Origin: Lama guanicoe | Lineage: Eukaryota | NCBI GenBank assembly: GCA_013239625.1 | Contig: MU053444.1 | Location: 327,822 to 391,821 of the forward strand | Direction of reading: 5' to 3' | Length of the DNA: 64,000 nucleotides | Shown here: one piece after another, positions 12,701-26,500 of the stretch | Layout: each line of letters opens with the position of its first letter | Position numbering within the stretch: the first letter of the stretch is position 1 | Translations under genes and position numbers: made by a program | The notes under the pieces: generated by a model | The model's input: only the letters and a program-made list of their open reading frames with translations | Told to the model about the DNA's origin: nothing | The model's database searches: none

Positions 12701-15350
12701 GACAAAAGCACCTAGGTCCAGTACCTTCCCATAGTAAATGCAAATTGCTAACTTTTATTACAGGAAGAAGAAACTGCCCTCAGCATGAAAGCAGGAGATC
12801 AGCAAATGTGGGTAAACTGAAATTGGACAAGAGCATTTCACTTGAAACAGTTGCTGAGTGTACATGAAATATTCAGAAATAGGAAAATCAGCTTGACATC
12901 ACGAAGAAGCATTCTGTTTCAAATGAAGATCAAGGATTTAGCAAGCCCAGCTGCTAGAAATGACCAGAGAAGAAACCTGGTTATTAAAACAAGCACCAGA
13001 GCCAACAAGGAAATGGTGGTGAGGAAAGCGGGTGGCCGAAAATCTGGAACAGTTAGCTACAAATAATTTCTCCACTGAAAATTCAAATATAAAATGAAAG
13101 TGATGCAATGCTGTGCTGGCCTCATGTGAATGGGCTTCCTAGGTGCTCGACAGTTCTGTAACCCCGAATGAGAGACTCAGGAGAATCAGCATGGCTCCTG
13201 GCAGTCCCCAAGTGACTGCCCACCAGCACGCTTACCAACATCACATCTGCCAGGGTTGTATTGCAGAGAAGAGAACAACTTCTTAAAGTCACAGGAAATG
13301 TTGACAAGGGAAGAAAAGGCTGCGGTCAGTCCTGGGACAAAGGCCCTGTGAGCAGGGGCCAGAAGGCTGCAGGTGAACTGGAGTGGCCCTGGGGCAGGAA
13401 GGGACCACGGAGGAGCAGATCTCAATTCTTTACTCTCTCTCCCTCGGGTAGGAGATAGAAAGCCTACATCCTTCTCACCTGGAACTGTGGGTTCTGGCTG
13501 GCAGAAGTCTTACCTACAGGGAATGATTACTCAAGACTCTGTGGAAAAAGTCAAAAAAGCAAGAGGGAGTAGGGAGCCAACTCCACGAGCCTCTCAAATT
13601 CTCCCATATTTATTGTGTATAATCAAAGGAAAAAGTCATTAACAGTTGTTGGATAGTAAGCAGGAATATGGGAAAAGAAGGGATGAGAAAGAGATTGTAG
13701 AATCCACCATGAGTACAATGGTTTAGTGTATCTTTGGGGAAGTCATGGGGTGAGGGGTATAATATACATTATTTAGACATGTGAATTACAAAGCAGATCA
13801 CTAGACCAGCTAGGTCCTTGTTTTGGGGATAATAGACTAACTGCACTCAAGCTCAGTGTTTATAGCTGAGGTCCTGGGTCATTGCTTTGCAATGAGCAGA
13901 GTGCTATTTAAAACCTCAACTACGTATGCAAAGAATTGTCTCTGCTTTTTAAGGCAAGGAGACAGGACTGAGGATGCACAGGCACTTGCTTGCAAAGCAG
14001 TCACTAAGCATATATTTTTCTTCTTAAAGTTGACAGGCGGCCTGGGTCTGTTAAAATTTGTTAACCCAATCATGGGCTCCCACATGGAACCATTATGGAG
14101 GACACCCTAGGGTGACAAATCCTGGCTCTGGGCCTTTTCCTGCCAGCTTCAGCCACTCCAGCAGGGTCTAGGTACATCTCTGAATAACGATCCTACAGAA
14201 CCACCCACACTCTTAACTCCTGGTGCTTGAATCTTAAGTTTAGCTCTACACAACTTAACGTAGAAAAGTTTCAGAAATATAAGATATTATATTCATTTTA
14301 TATCTCACCATAGGACTGATTTTTCTGATTGCTCTAAGCTGCTTCTTCTTGGTAAAGCACCTAATTCTGCAGGTGAATTCAGTACTTTCTTTGGGCATAA
14401 CTAGCCAGTTTGGTCTCACTAACTTCTATTGGTCAATTACCAATAAACTTAATTGAGTTCATTGTTCATCAATTTCAGCTGGGGTTAGAGAGCTTGTCAC
14501 TTTGTTCTTCAGCTCACCCTCAAGTCTTTATCATCAGCAACTCAGGCCTCCAGAAAACAAAAAAAAAAAAGCATTTGTTTCCCTTCTACACTTTCAACAA
14601 ACCCAACAGGATACATCAGCCTGGAGAAAGAATTCAACACAAATGTTAAAACAAAAATCTATAAACCTGAAGCAACTCCATGTACGAATCATGATACACA
14701 ATGACATGAGAGTAAGTGTGTCAGACACAAACAAAGCATGGGTGAGCCTGACCACCTGAATTCTATTCTTCAAAGGAAGGAAAGTTTTCCTATTTTTTTA
14801 TTATCACTCTGTCATTGTTTCTGATTAAGCCAAAAATTAGTTTATGAAATAATTAAGCACTGCAATAACAGATTTTTGTTGTATCAATTACAGAGACATT
14901 CAGGGGTTTAGGAAAACCCACCTATGTAAAAAATGCAAAATTTCTTCCCCTGTGAAGAACATGTATACAAAATGCAACAGAGAATTCAAACTCTTGTGGA
15001 GAGGAGCAAAAGCCACAGGAACATAGCAAAGTCAATATCATGAGTCAATTCAAAATTTACTGGACAATCATGTTCAATGCATTCAATGAAATTTATAGGC
15101 ACACTGAAAACCATTCACTTAATGATCTGCACGATACAGGAAGAATTTCTCTCTTTAACAGACAACAGTAATCAGTAGGGTGCCCCACCAAACAAGGACC
15201 AAAGAGCAATCAGGTTTTTAATAGTTCTGAAAAATCAGCATGTTCTAAAGATCAAAATCCAGAAATTTTAAACATTCATTCACACCACAACGAAAAAAGC
15301 ACTTAAGAAAAACAAAAAACCCAATGAAACTAAGCACATAGATCATGTAC

Positions 15351-15377
15351 ATAGACCAATGAGAACTTCATGTACCG
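15351..15377 (-). pseudogene. TRAPPC9: TRAPPC9 27-nt micro-exon (exon 5) remnant
   Basis: ttctttcttccAG|CGGTACATGAAGTTCTCATTGGTCTAT|GTacat. It is exactly 27 nt, resembles the human micro-exon (recalled as GGGCACAGGAAGTTCTCATTGATCCAG, AQEVLIDP), and lies in the expected order between exons 3 and 6. Confidence 0.75.
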
Positions 15378-16240
15378 CTGGAAGAAAGAACAGGCTATAG
15401 CCTTTTACTTGAAAAATAAAATTACATTTAAAGATAAATGCTAAAACACATTTCATCATTCATGATGCCTTGAAAAATCTGAGGCACTTGTAACTGATTA
15501 GAAAAGCATTTCTGAGTAATAGTATGTTACAATTCAGTGACAGTTTGCTTTAGAAGAAAAGAGAAAAGAAAAGCTACTTTTTCTCATATCCTGCACAAAG
15601 TGTGAAGTGCTTCCCTCTTTCTCCTCCCATTTTCTAAGCTCATGCTGCCCAACCCTTCTGAAACAAGTATGAGAACGACTTATTCACACCAATATGCCAA
15701 ATGACAAAAGAATATCAATTTATTTGTGTAAATATTTGCCTACAGCTTAAACTAGAAGAGAAATATATCAGAAGTCTATATGGAACTTCTTTCTACCTTC
15801 CTGAAATCACACACACAATCGTTCACACAGACACAGACATATTCCCCCTGGATTCATGGGCACTTCACAAGCTTAGGACTTACAACTTCTAGAAGATAAA
15901 TTTGTAGTTTGTTTAAAATACAAAACTGTCAGCTTTTGAAAGCCTTGATCATCTGCTAAACCACCCAAATATCAAAGAGACAAAATTAGTCTTCTCTGTA
16001 GAATGTAATTTCCCATGATGGCAAAACAGACCCTAAGAAGTACTGGATCCAAGTCTCGTGTTTATCACTAGCTATGATTATTTTAAAGCCCATTAACAGA
16101 TTCAGAAAAGTATATCCCAACAACATTTATTCTTATTGAAATAGTATACGTGTTCAATTGCCTATACAGAGACTAGGTCCCATGATGGTGTTTAAGTGCT
16201 ATTTTGTGCATTTCAATATTTATTTTTAAGTGCAGACAAG

Positions 16241-16335
16241 GAGGGAGGGTGTTACTCAGTTGTAGACCACCTGCTTAGCATGCACAATGCCCTGGCTTCA
16301 GTCCACAGTACCTCCAAAAAAATAAATAAAAATAA
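16241..16335 (+). mobile_element. tRNA-derived SINE (Vic-1-like, camelid)
   Basis: ggagggtgttactcagttgtagaccacctgcttagcatgcacaatgccctggcttcagtcc (decayed A/B boxes) followed by an A-rich tail. Confidence 0.75.
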
Positions 16336-17789
16336 GGGCATATTTAAAAATAAGAATAAAGTTATAAAAAAATACAGACTGAAAACCACTGCAATCTAGG
16401 AGCCACAATTACAATAAAAAAAGAACAAGTGTTTCTATGAAATATTGACTATATGCCAATCACAGAGACAACCACAAATCACACCTGATAATCATCACGT
16501 GTGTTTCTCAGCAACCCTACTAAGTAGACACGGATGAGAAACCCGGGTCTGCGGATGAGGAGACGGAGCTTGGAGGAGCCGGGGACGCCGACCGTCCTGC
16601 TCCCCTTGACTCCACTTCAACCCAGGGCAATGCTGACAGAATTGCACTGAGGGGACACCCAGCTGCATGGAACCTTGGGGAACAGGGGAGTCCCAGAAAA
16701 CACTAAAAATTGTTCAGTGAAAAACCATCTCAAATATAATACACTGTGCTACATCCTTTAAACAGGGAACATGACTGAGACCTTTTTGATGCCTCCGTGT
16801 CCTTTCTGCCATCATCACTTACTTGCCTTCTCATCGTGACCAGGAATGAACTGGACCCCTTTTGAAGTGCACTCAGATGGCAGAGCTTTTAAAGCTGTTT
16901 TACGAAGTTTGTGAGACTCTGTCTATGCCTCACACAGGCGGTCATCCATCACTTCTCCCCGGTGTGGATGTACCACCTGAAATCACTCCTTTCTGATTTT
17001 TAAAATCTCTTCATCTAATCCAGAATTTTCAACAGCAAAAAAGCAGCTCAGCCACAGACAGTGGACAGCTTCTCACCACAATATAAGAACTTCCAATCGG
17101 ACTACCTGGAAGCCCTTTACTTCTATTAAACCCACTTCCAGGTACTTCATCATTTTCTGATTGCTGGACTTTTCCTCTGACTGGCCTACTCAGAGAGCTC
17201 CCAGCCTCACATCCGGGTGTGGGAGAGGACCCTTTTGTGGGAGAAATCAGTGCGGAAGGCGTACATCCTCCAGTCAGGTCTGCACGGCTAGAAGTGCCAC
17301 AACGTGCTAAGAAATTATACCGTCATTACCCCTGGGCTCCCATGGGCTGGTTTCACATTAACCAAACTCATGAGACACTGATGCAAGAAAACCAGAAGTT
17401 TAACATATTAATGTAACAGAAGACGTGAAACTATGAACCAGACTCAAATATCAGAGTTCAACCATGAGTACATGTTCTCCTCAACGGCCCAATCACGGGG
17501 AAGGCAGTCACATGGCAAACGTGGACAGAAGCAGAGCAGGAAGGGTTTCTAGATTAACTCAACGGACTAAATTTCTGTTATACCAACAGATCTACTGCCT
17601 GGAAAACAGTTAATGCTAATCATGGTGCATTCTTCATGGACAGAGGCCGAGACACGACTGTGAGCACCTGTGTAACTCTCCTTTCTCTGTCCTTTCTGGG
17701 TTAACTGATGCAAAGATGTACAGAAATCCAGGGATGCAGATACATCTAAACACCCAAAGCCCATTCTGGGAGCCTCAAAACCAGACAGC

Positions 17790-18000
17790 CAGGGTTTAAA
17801 TACCAGATCTGCCACTTACTACTTCTGTGACCTTGACCAACTTACTTACCCTCTATGTGTCTCAATTTCCACACTGTAAAACTGGGATAACAATCAAACT
17901 TTCCTTACTCACCTGTTGAGAAGATTGAAGGATTCATTTCTGTAAAACGCTCAGAAAAGAATGTAGCACATTTTTGGTGCTCAACAAATGTCAACTTAAT
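17790..18000 (+). mobile_element. MIR SINE
   Basis: ctgccacttactacttctgtgaccttgaccaacttacttaccctctatgtgtctcaatttccacactgtaaaactgggataacaa (MIR core). Other MIRs at ~4030-4170, ~11460-11630, ~18850-19010 and ~40330-40540. Confidence 0.8.
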
Positions 18001-21000
18001 ATTACAGTGGTTTACAAGTCTCCTTTCTAATTATCTTCTGTGTTCCCTGCCTAGACTAAGTCCCAAAGGAAATCCTTATTTCTCCTTTAATAAACTCTTG
18101 GGTAGCAGCCTTCTGTTTCATCCCACCACCTGTTTAACCTGAAGGAGGGGATGCCTCCTCCCCACTCCTCTGGGCCATGGAGAGTGCTTCTCCCTTCACA
18201 CCCCTGACCCCTGGCCCACAGCAAGCACTCCTCACACTAAGAGAGTAAGGTGTGATTCCAGGTAGACAAGCAGGGCTTGTGAAACTCTTCCTTTCCGTCC
18301 AGTGTTGGCCACTCTTGGGAAGCACATGGGATGCTCAGCTCCATGGCAGAACAGCCCTGAGTATGATGGGGCAGATCCTCTCAAGGGAAGGCTCGCTGTG
18401 GCCCAGAGATACCTGGGAGAGGGTAAGTCTCCACTTCTGGGACACAGTATCATGACACTCATTTACCCACAGCCCTGAAGTTCATGGAGAACGAGGCTTC
18501 ATCAGTAACAAAGAAGACAATTATCGCCTGCCTAGTATTTTGTGTCATCTGTCAGTTGGCTGCTGGAGACAACATGTGTATTACTATTGGATCCCATTAG
18601 GCCCCAACATATATGAAGTAACAAAAAATTCTGTGTCTTAACGTTGGTTCAGGGCGACTGTGTAACAGTTCTGACTGCTGATGCTAAATTATGGGTATAG
18701 GAATTATGGAACCTCCTCAAATATCTTTCATCATAAAAGCAGCTTTTCTTATTTTCCTGTTTCTTAGTAATTGCCAAAGACTATAAAATGATGGCTTCAT
18801 ACAAAACAGCAGCTAAAGTTTATGAGCCCTCTTGACATACCCACTGTGGTAAACACTTTACATAACTTCAAATTCTCACAATTCAACAAAGCAGATACGA
18901 CCGTCCCCATCTCACAGACGAGGGAAAACCTGAGAATGAACTGACTCAGGCTCACGTGGCTCAGTGGCAGCACGTGCAGGGAAATCCAAGTCAAAAAACT
19001 ACACGCCTTCATATATGTACCAAATCATCTCCCACCAATTAACACATAGCTGTGGGTCAATACTCAGGGAACTCAACACACTTTTTATCTTTAATTTGCT
19101 CCACAGGCCACTTCTAGCTCTTTAATAAAATCCTGGCTCACTGGTTTCTAACACTGGAAGAAATGTCTGATTTTACCACTGTTTGCACAGCAAGTCTGAA
19201 ATGTTCACAGCGAGATGACAGAATTAAACTAACATATAAGCAGAAGAATTTTTCCAGGTAGACAGACATAATGGACATTGTGCTATCCTGAAGCATTAAG
19301 CAAAGAAATCAAAATAAAATAACGTTGTTTAAAACTTCTTTTACAAACAGGAAAATTAAGACTGTAAGAAGGTGCAACAGAGCCACCTATGGCTAAAAAG
19401 ATCTTCCAGGTTGCCGGGAAAGATGCAACACAAAAATTGCCTGTAAGATGAGAAAGGAGAATCAGATAACTAAAAGCTTATGTAGCACATACTGCAATTT
19501 GCTTCGGGGGGAAGGGAGGGGTATTCAGCATTTAATCTGATATTGCTAATACTCCTGAATATAAACAAAAGACATAGGCTCATGGAAACTCATCTTAAAA
19601 GTGGAAAGAATCCAGTTCAGCCACTTCATTTTACAGGAGGGGAGACTGAGACCTGGGATCTGTCCTCCTGGCAATCAGCAGCAAAGCTCTCCTAGGCCTC
19701 ATGTCTTGCACTGTAGAAAAACCCAACAGATCTGTACTACGCCTATATTCATAAAATTCACGTCTGTATTTTTCCAACAGTAGGTAATCTAATTATCTTG
19801 CAAAATACTTCTCAAAGAGCCAGGAAAAAATACAATTTTGTTGAAATACAAAAACATTTATTTACATATTAAAACAGCATGAGCTTTATTCTATTAAAAA
19901 AGTGACATGTCAAATCAAAATTTTGATATTTTAAAAATCTGTTAAGAGTGCAGAAAAAAAATCAAAATTTTCTTTAATCACAAAAGTGAGAAGCTTATTC
20001 CCTGAAAATGATCAATGTGGATTTTTCTAAACTTAATGGTTCTGCTAAGAATCCCACAAATTTAAACGTCTGAGTGGATGGTTACACAGTAATATGAATT
20101 CTAAATATGAATTTTGTAACAATACACATTCTGTGAAAAAATCTTCAAGTTCGTCTACTTAAGGCAATTTAACTAGTCCCTGTCTCACTAGAATGATACA
20201 GATTTCATTAAAACTTCATACCACACTAAAAAAAAAAAAACTGAATCCTTTTTACTTTAAGCCATATTCATAAATATCATATATATACATATTGAATATG
20301 CATCAGAAATAAGCCACCTTCTTTAGTATTCAGAGTTGATACTTCTAAAAAATCAGTCATTGTGACAGCACATTTTTATTAAGCACCAGTACGGTGCTTT
20401 GTATACAAGGCATGTAACTCTCACAGTCAGACAAGGTAAACGATATTACTCAAATTTCACAAATGACAAAATGTACTTAAGCCACAAAAACAACTAACAT
20501 ATTCATCATCAGGAAAGAAAAGAGTAAGGATTGTACTTACAATACTCACTGACAATCTTTTCTTCCATACTAATACTACATAAAACTAGTTCAGTTTTTG
20601 TAAATTTTTCAGTCAATAAGCACCACTAGAAAAAAACAACTAACATCATTAGCAACGGTTGGACTTTCTAAGCCCACTTCTATATTGCACAATAATTATT
20701 TTAAATGTTTTGTTTCTAGTGCTTACAAAGCACAAAAATTTAAAAAAAAATACTTTTTATGTCATTACCTGAGAATAAAACATTTGTGAAAATGTATAAT
20801 TTTAATTTATGCCACTCTATCTCACATTCTCACTTGTGTCTCTCCTTTGAAGACCTCATCAGGCTGAGATCGCTAAAATCGGTGATTTATGGACCCACAG
20901 GAGTTCGGGAAACCACTCAACGTGAGGCTGATTAGAGAAGCAATTGAGAATGCAGCCTGTGCATCCTGAATTCCAGCACCGAGCTAGCCACCGCCAGCTG

Positions 21001-21400
21001 CGTGTGACTTGGGACAAGCTGGCCCATCTCTCAATCCCTCAGCTGCAAAAAAGGAGACACTGATACCTACAATCAAACACCTGCTATGAAGTAAAACATG
21101 AGGAAAGCATTTTAGCCTTAGGTAGGTGTCCACTCACAGCGAGTTTGGTCATTATGATGATGAGGATGGCTGTTAACAAATTAAGCTCGACCAAACAGGA
21201 GAAATCCCCTTAAAGGAGAAACATTTTAAGTCAATGAGCATTTCCTTTTGGATGAATTGCAGAATATTCTAATGATTTTTTAATAAACCAAATTTTGTCC
21301 ATTAATTATAGATTTACAGGTTCATGGACAAGTCTCCAGAAAAAGAATTAGAGGCCTCTTACCTCTGTAAACTAAGAAAGTAAATTTTAACAAAAATCAC

Positions 21401-21485
21401 GGAGGAGATTATACCTCATTTGGGAGAGTATGTGCTTAGCATGCATGAGGCACTCAGTTCAGTCCCCATTAACTCCATTTAAAAA
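21401..21485 (+). mobile_element. tRNA-derived SINE (Vic-1-like), decayed
   Basis: Shares the tgtgcttagcatgcatgagg...ttcagtcccc core with the other copies. Confidence 0.65.
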
Positions 21486-22569
21486 CATTGTTTTTTAGGA
21501 AATGGAAAATTAAAGCAAAAAGATGGAGGAATACAGAATTTTTTAGAGACTCATCTCAGATTTAAGATGGGGAAGAAACCATCCATTTCTCAGAAGAAAT
21601 CTTGAGGACTATGTAAACTGGATCTGAGATGTCTAGTCCTTTAACATTATTCAAGAATTCATATTACCAAGTCTTAAAATTACCTGATAACGCACAGTGG
21701 TGATACTGATCATAACAGCTTCCATCACGGATCGAGCTCCGGCTAGGACTGCTCTGTTCTGACATCTCTGCCCCTCAGGCCTCACCAGGCTGAGAGCACT
21801 AAATTCGGTCATTCAAGAGCATCTTTTGTAAGTCCTCCATTTGTGCTTCTGACTCTCCCCTCACCAGCTCCTCTGAGGGAAGCACTGTTATCATCTTTCC
21901 CACTCACAGATAAGGCCACTGAGGCACAGAGACTAAACTCGTTCCAGGTCACATTGGCATTAAAGGAATTCTGTATTTCTGCTGTTTGCTTTTGACAAAG
22001 GAATCTGAGATATCAATTCAAGGCAGACTGTTAAATAATCAAGTCTGTCAGGTCTTCACCTCAAAGAGCAGATACTATAAATTCCTGATGTAGGATGAGG
22101 CTGCCGCCACAAACTGACTCAGCTTGAAATTAATATCCAAGATGAAGCAGCGGATACACGTAAATATTCACAATTGTCAACTCTGCTCACGGGTCTGGGC
22201 CCTTCACTGCCTGAACGGGGGTGCAATCCCCACCCGTGTCTGGGAGAGAAGCGCGGCTCTTCCCCGGCTCACCCAGGCTTCACGGGGTATTTCCCCCCAC
22301 AGACTGTCCTCAATGATTAAAAAGCTCTCAAGATTTTTACACCATGCAAAACTAGAAGACATTTCTGCAGATGGAGCCCTTTCTCAGGCTTAAACCTTTT
22401 TTGCCTACACTCAGCAAGGGGGAAAAAAGAAACATGACTCTGCAAATTTTCTGACACTCACCACTCACAGGAGTAGAACGGCCACAGCAGAAGATGAACC
22501 TTCACATTGCAGGATGAGAACAAAATAAAGCCGCCCCAACAACAGGCACTCCCAGAGACAGCACTCAGC

Positions 22570-23090
22570 AGTCTTCTGCACAATCGTGGTTGTGCAGCCC
22601 TCACCACCATCTATTTCCAGAACACTTCATCACCCCAGAAGAAACCACCTGTCACTAACAGTCACTCCCTAACACCCCTACACCCAGCCCCTTCCAACCA
22701 TCACCTGCTCTCTGCCTCTGCATGTGCCTATTCTGGGCATTTCAGATCACTGAAATCAACAGTATGTGGCCGATTGTGTCTGGTTCCTTTCACTTAACAT
22801 GCTGTTATGAAGGTTCGTCCATGTTGAAGTGTTATTAGCATCTCTGTCTTTTTTTTTTTTTTGAAAACGTTAAAGTTTATTAGAAGGTGGTAACTACTAT
22901 CAAAAAGAGTAGAGTGGAGTATAAGGGATTGGGTTTCAAAGGGAAAAGGGCGGGTTGAGCAGTCAGGGTGGACTTCCCAGAGCAGGAGGCCTTTTTCATC
23001 TTCCCTTTTATTATATTTTTCTAATTTACTCTTACGTCTGAATAATGTTCAGCTACACAGAGATACTACATTCCGTTCATGCATTCAGCA
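22570..23090 (-). mobile_element. Old LINE-1 (L1MB-like) 3'UTR fragment, interrupted by a short poly(A) insert
   Basis: tcaccaccatctatttccagaacacttcatcacccc ... ctattctgggcatttca ... ttcacttaacatg, typical of an antisense L1MB 3'UTR. Confidence 0.75.
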
Positions 23091-23446
23091 GCTATGTATG
23101 GACGAGGTCCAGAAGAATGAGTGTAAGAGGTGACTAGCAGGGATGGCATTTAAACAAAGGGCAAGATGTGCTTTAAAAAAAAAGCCAACCAACAGAGGCA
23201 CAAGGAAATTCACTGCGTTTCGGAGCAAAGTGCTTCCTTGCTTCGGCAGGACTACCATGTATGGCTGTGGTGGATATTGGAAGGAATGACGGTGAGGGAC
23301 TCACCTGAGAAGACTCCCCACTGCAAGCAACTCAGAAAATTTTCCCCCCTCATCCTGTATTTTTAGAGGCATATTTCTATGTTTTTCTTATTTCAAGTAA
23401 TAGCACTTTAACTACACATCTGATCACCTGCATCAGACCACCTTGG

Positions 23447-23566
23447 CTCCAAGCCACAGAAAATCATTCACTAACTGGAACAGCTCCAGGACATAACGGT
23501 GATGGATCAGGGAGTCCTGCAGCATCCAGCCTGCAGGTACAAACCCCACATGTGCCCTGTTGATGT
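23447..23566 (-). pseudogene. TRAPPC9: TRAPPC9 pseudo-exon 3 (both splice sites lost)
   Basis: Reads ...[30 protein letters not shown] versus human [30 protein letters not shown]. The 5' part has a deletion, the acceptor reads ttctCG instead of AG, and no GT follows CTTGGAG. Confidence 0.88.
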
Positions 23567-26500
23567 CGAGAAAGTAAAATGTATGGAAATATCTCACTGC
23601 TGTTTCATGACATCTGCCCCCAAATTGCCCCAAAATCATGCTGACAAAGCATTACTCAACCCGCTGACTACAAAAAAAAAAAAAGCTAAGAAGGCATATT
23701 TAAGTTCTTCCATTGAAAACCAGCAACCGTCACTGCCAGTATCTGAGGTGGAATGGACCTGAATTCAAACACCACTGCGCAGTTACTTTTCAAACGTGAA
23801 AGTTGTATATGTATTCCACGTAGATTATATTACAGTAGGATTTTTCTTTTCAAAATTTCCACTTGCAACATTAGCACAAGAAAGTTTATGTTTCAGCTTT
23901 AAAAAAAAATCAATTATCTTCCGCTTTCTTAGTGTTGATCCTATTATTTTATTAAGGGAGCTATGCTGTATATTATAAACCAACTGTTTGGCTTCTGCAA
24001 ACAAGACCTTTATGACTTCACTATTTCAGAGCAAACTTTAATGATTCTTTGAGAGGTGGGGCCTGGGGCGCTCACTAAGAGCTCTTTAAATACTGACTAG
24101 GATGTGCTATTAAGTAATGCAAAGGCTCTAACTCCACATTAACTCAGAAACCAAAGAAACTACACCAAAACCTTACTTTATCATTTTTAAATATTTCAAT
24201 TCTTTTGAATATTAAATTTCATTAAAGATATGATATCTTTTTGAGAAAAACCACAGCTGTATTAAATTTCCTCTCACCAAGAAACCAATCTTTATCAAGA
24301 ATAAAGACCCCTATGGAAATCCAAAAGACGCGATGTTTCTAGCTAAGTGAACATGCAGATCTGAACACAAACTTATGTCCTATCAGATCTCACTCGAACG
24401 AGCGCAACAAAGTCCTGGGCTACTCTGGACCTCAGCTCTTCTGTTCCAAATGTTGGCTGAGCTAAGGTCATCAGGCAAGGCAGGGAAGGAGAGAAGAGGA
24501 AAGTCCACCTGGCAGCCTACATCTGTTTCCTTCCAGTCACAAGGTGCCGCTAGGGCGGCCCCGCTAACAAGCCCTCCCCTTAAGGAAATCCAGCATCCAC
24601 ACTGCCCCTGCTGTTCCCAAGCAGCCCTGATGCCCCTCTCCCACTGGTCGCCTCCCAGCCTGTGAATGGTCTTCTAGTGACCCCGCCAGTTGGTGTCAAC
24701 CTCTCCCACTTCCCCGCTGCACACACACACACACACAAACACAGAGCCAGGGAAGCGTTCCCAAAGCACAAATTTGATTACATCAACCCCACTTCAAACA
24801 CTTCAGAGACTCCCTGGTAGAGATCTAGCCACAGCCCTGACCCTGACCCTTACCCTGGGCCTGCTCGCCCAGCCTCACCACAGTACCCAGGTCCCCAGTG
24901 ACCTCAGGGGCCCCCTGACCTGCTCCTACTTCCCACTTGCCTCCAGGCTCAATTTGACTGTTTCTCAAGGAAGCATTCCCTCCCTCCAACCTCCGCACTT
25001 TGTTCCACTGTTCCTAGAACATTCTAGGCTAAGTCAATTTCTGACACTGCTAAGCTCCCAAGAAGCAAATACATTTGCTTATTAAAGTGGATCCACCCTC
25101 TCTCCCCTAGATACTCAGAATTGCTCTTGTTATGAATAAATGAATGACGGGGTGGGTCTCAAAGGGACAGACATATCTGCTTTCCCCCTTCCCGGCCCTT
25201 CTTTCTGTAGAATATCAGAAGCTAAACCGGAAGTACCTTTCCTGAGGGTCACTTCTTGCTGACACCCTTCACTGCCTCCTGTGTCAGTTTTAGGAAAACC
25301 CAAGCTCTTCCAAAGCCCTCCTCCCAGGACCTCTCCAGTGTCCTCCCCAGCAGGGGCACCATCCACCCTGGACCACAGAGGGCAGTCTCCACGAGTCCCC
25401 ACCCACAAGCCTCCAGGCCTTTGCCCGGGCTGCACCTGCCACCTGAGCCACCTTCTTGACTCCTTCTCCTGGATGAAACTTACTATGTCCTCAGAACTGA
25501 ATGTAGAGCCCATTTCATCCCGGAAGTCCTCTCTAATAATGTCCTTTAGCTCTTGGCTGGGCTTCATCTACAGCAGCACTGCATGGCGACCAACTGGTGT
25601 TTGTCTACCCACTCCTTTGAGACCATGATATCTTGGAGGCCACATGGGAAAACGGAATGAGATGACAAGAGAGGTGGGAAGAGCAAAAAGCAAAATCAGA
25701 GCCCAAGTCCCAAATTTAAGGATTCTTTCTCAAAAAAAAAAAGAATAAAATGTTTCATACGTGTGTCATTTGGCTACGATTTTTGTGGCACATGGAAAGC
25801 AAGAACTTGGTATTCTTGTCCAAAAACCAAGTTACATGCAAAGAAATGTATATATTCATACATAAAGCTAGCCTGAACTGCTCAACAACAGTTTGCAGTT
25901 AAATTCCAAAGGAACTTTGATAAAGGCAATCTCTCTCTCCGTTTTTTTTTTTTTTTTTTTTTNNNNNNNNNNNNNNNTTTTTTTTTTTTTTTTTGGTCTC
26001 ATATAGTTTCAGAAGTATTTGTATAACTAAGTGATTGCTACAGCCCATGATTCTTCACTGCAGTATTTGGGGCTGAGGAAGCCCAGATTACATGCACTGT
26101 GTAAATGCAATCACACCAACACACTGATAGGCGCCCTAGTGGCTGAGCTGAATTTTCAAAGCAGACAACCTTACAATGTAACACAGTTCTAAGTAGAAAG
26201 TAAGACATGCAATGTTCTATACACAATTTCATACGTTATATGGGCTATTAACCAACAGTGCATCTTTTCTAATGAAACCCAAGAATAAATTGCCAACGCC
26301 GATTTTCTCCATCTGATCGTTTTATGTTAACATTGGTTATCAAACCCTCAATCCATACGGAAACCACAGGCCTATGCAGCAGCTGAGTTACATCCCGCGG
26401 AAGACAGCCGATCAAGGGAGAACTGGAGAGTTTCCCTTCAGAAGCTGCTAAGTCTGGTTTTGCACCTGTACGTCATTTGCAACCACGTCATCGTCAATGG

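Noticed and set aside
24835..24858. Telomere-like hexamers ccctga ccctga ccctta ccctgg
   Set aside because: Only four degenerate units and no canonical CCCTAA; too short to call an interstitial telomere.
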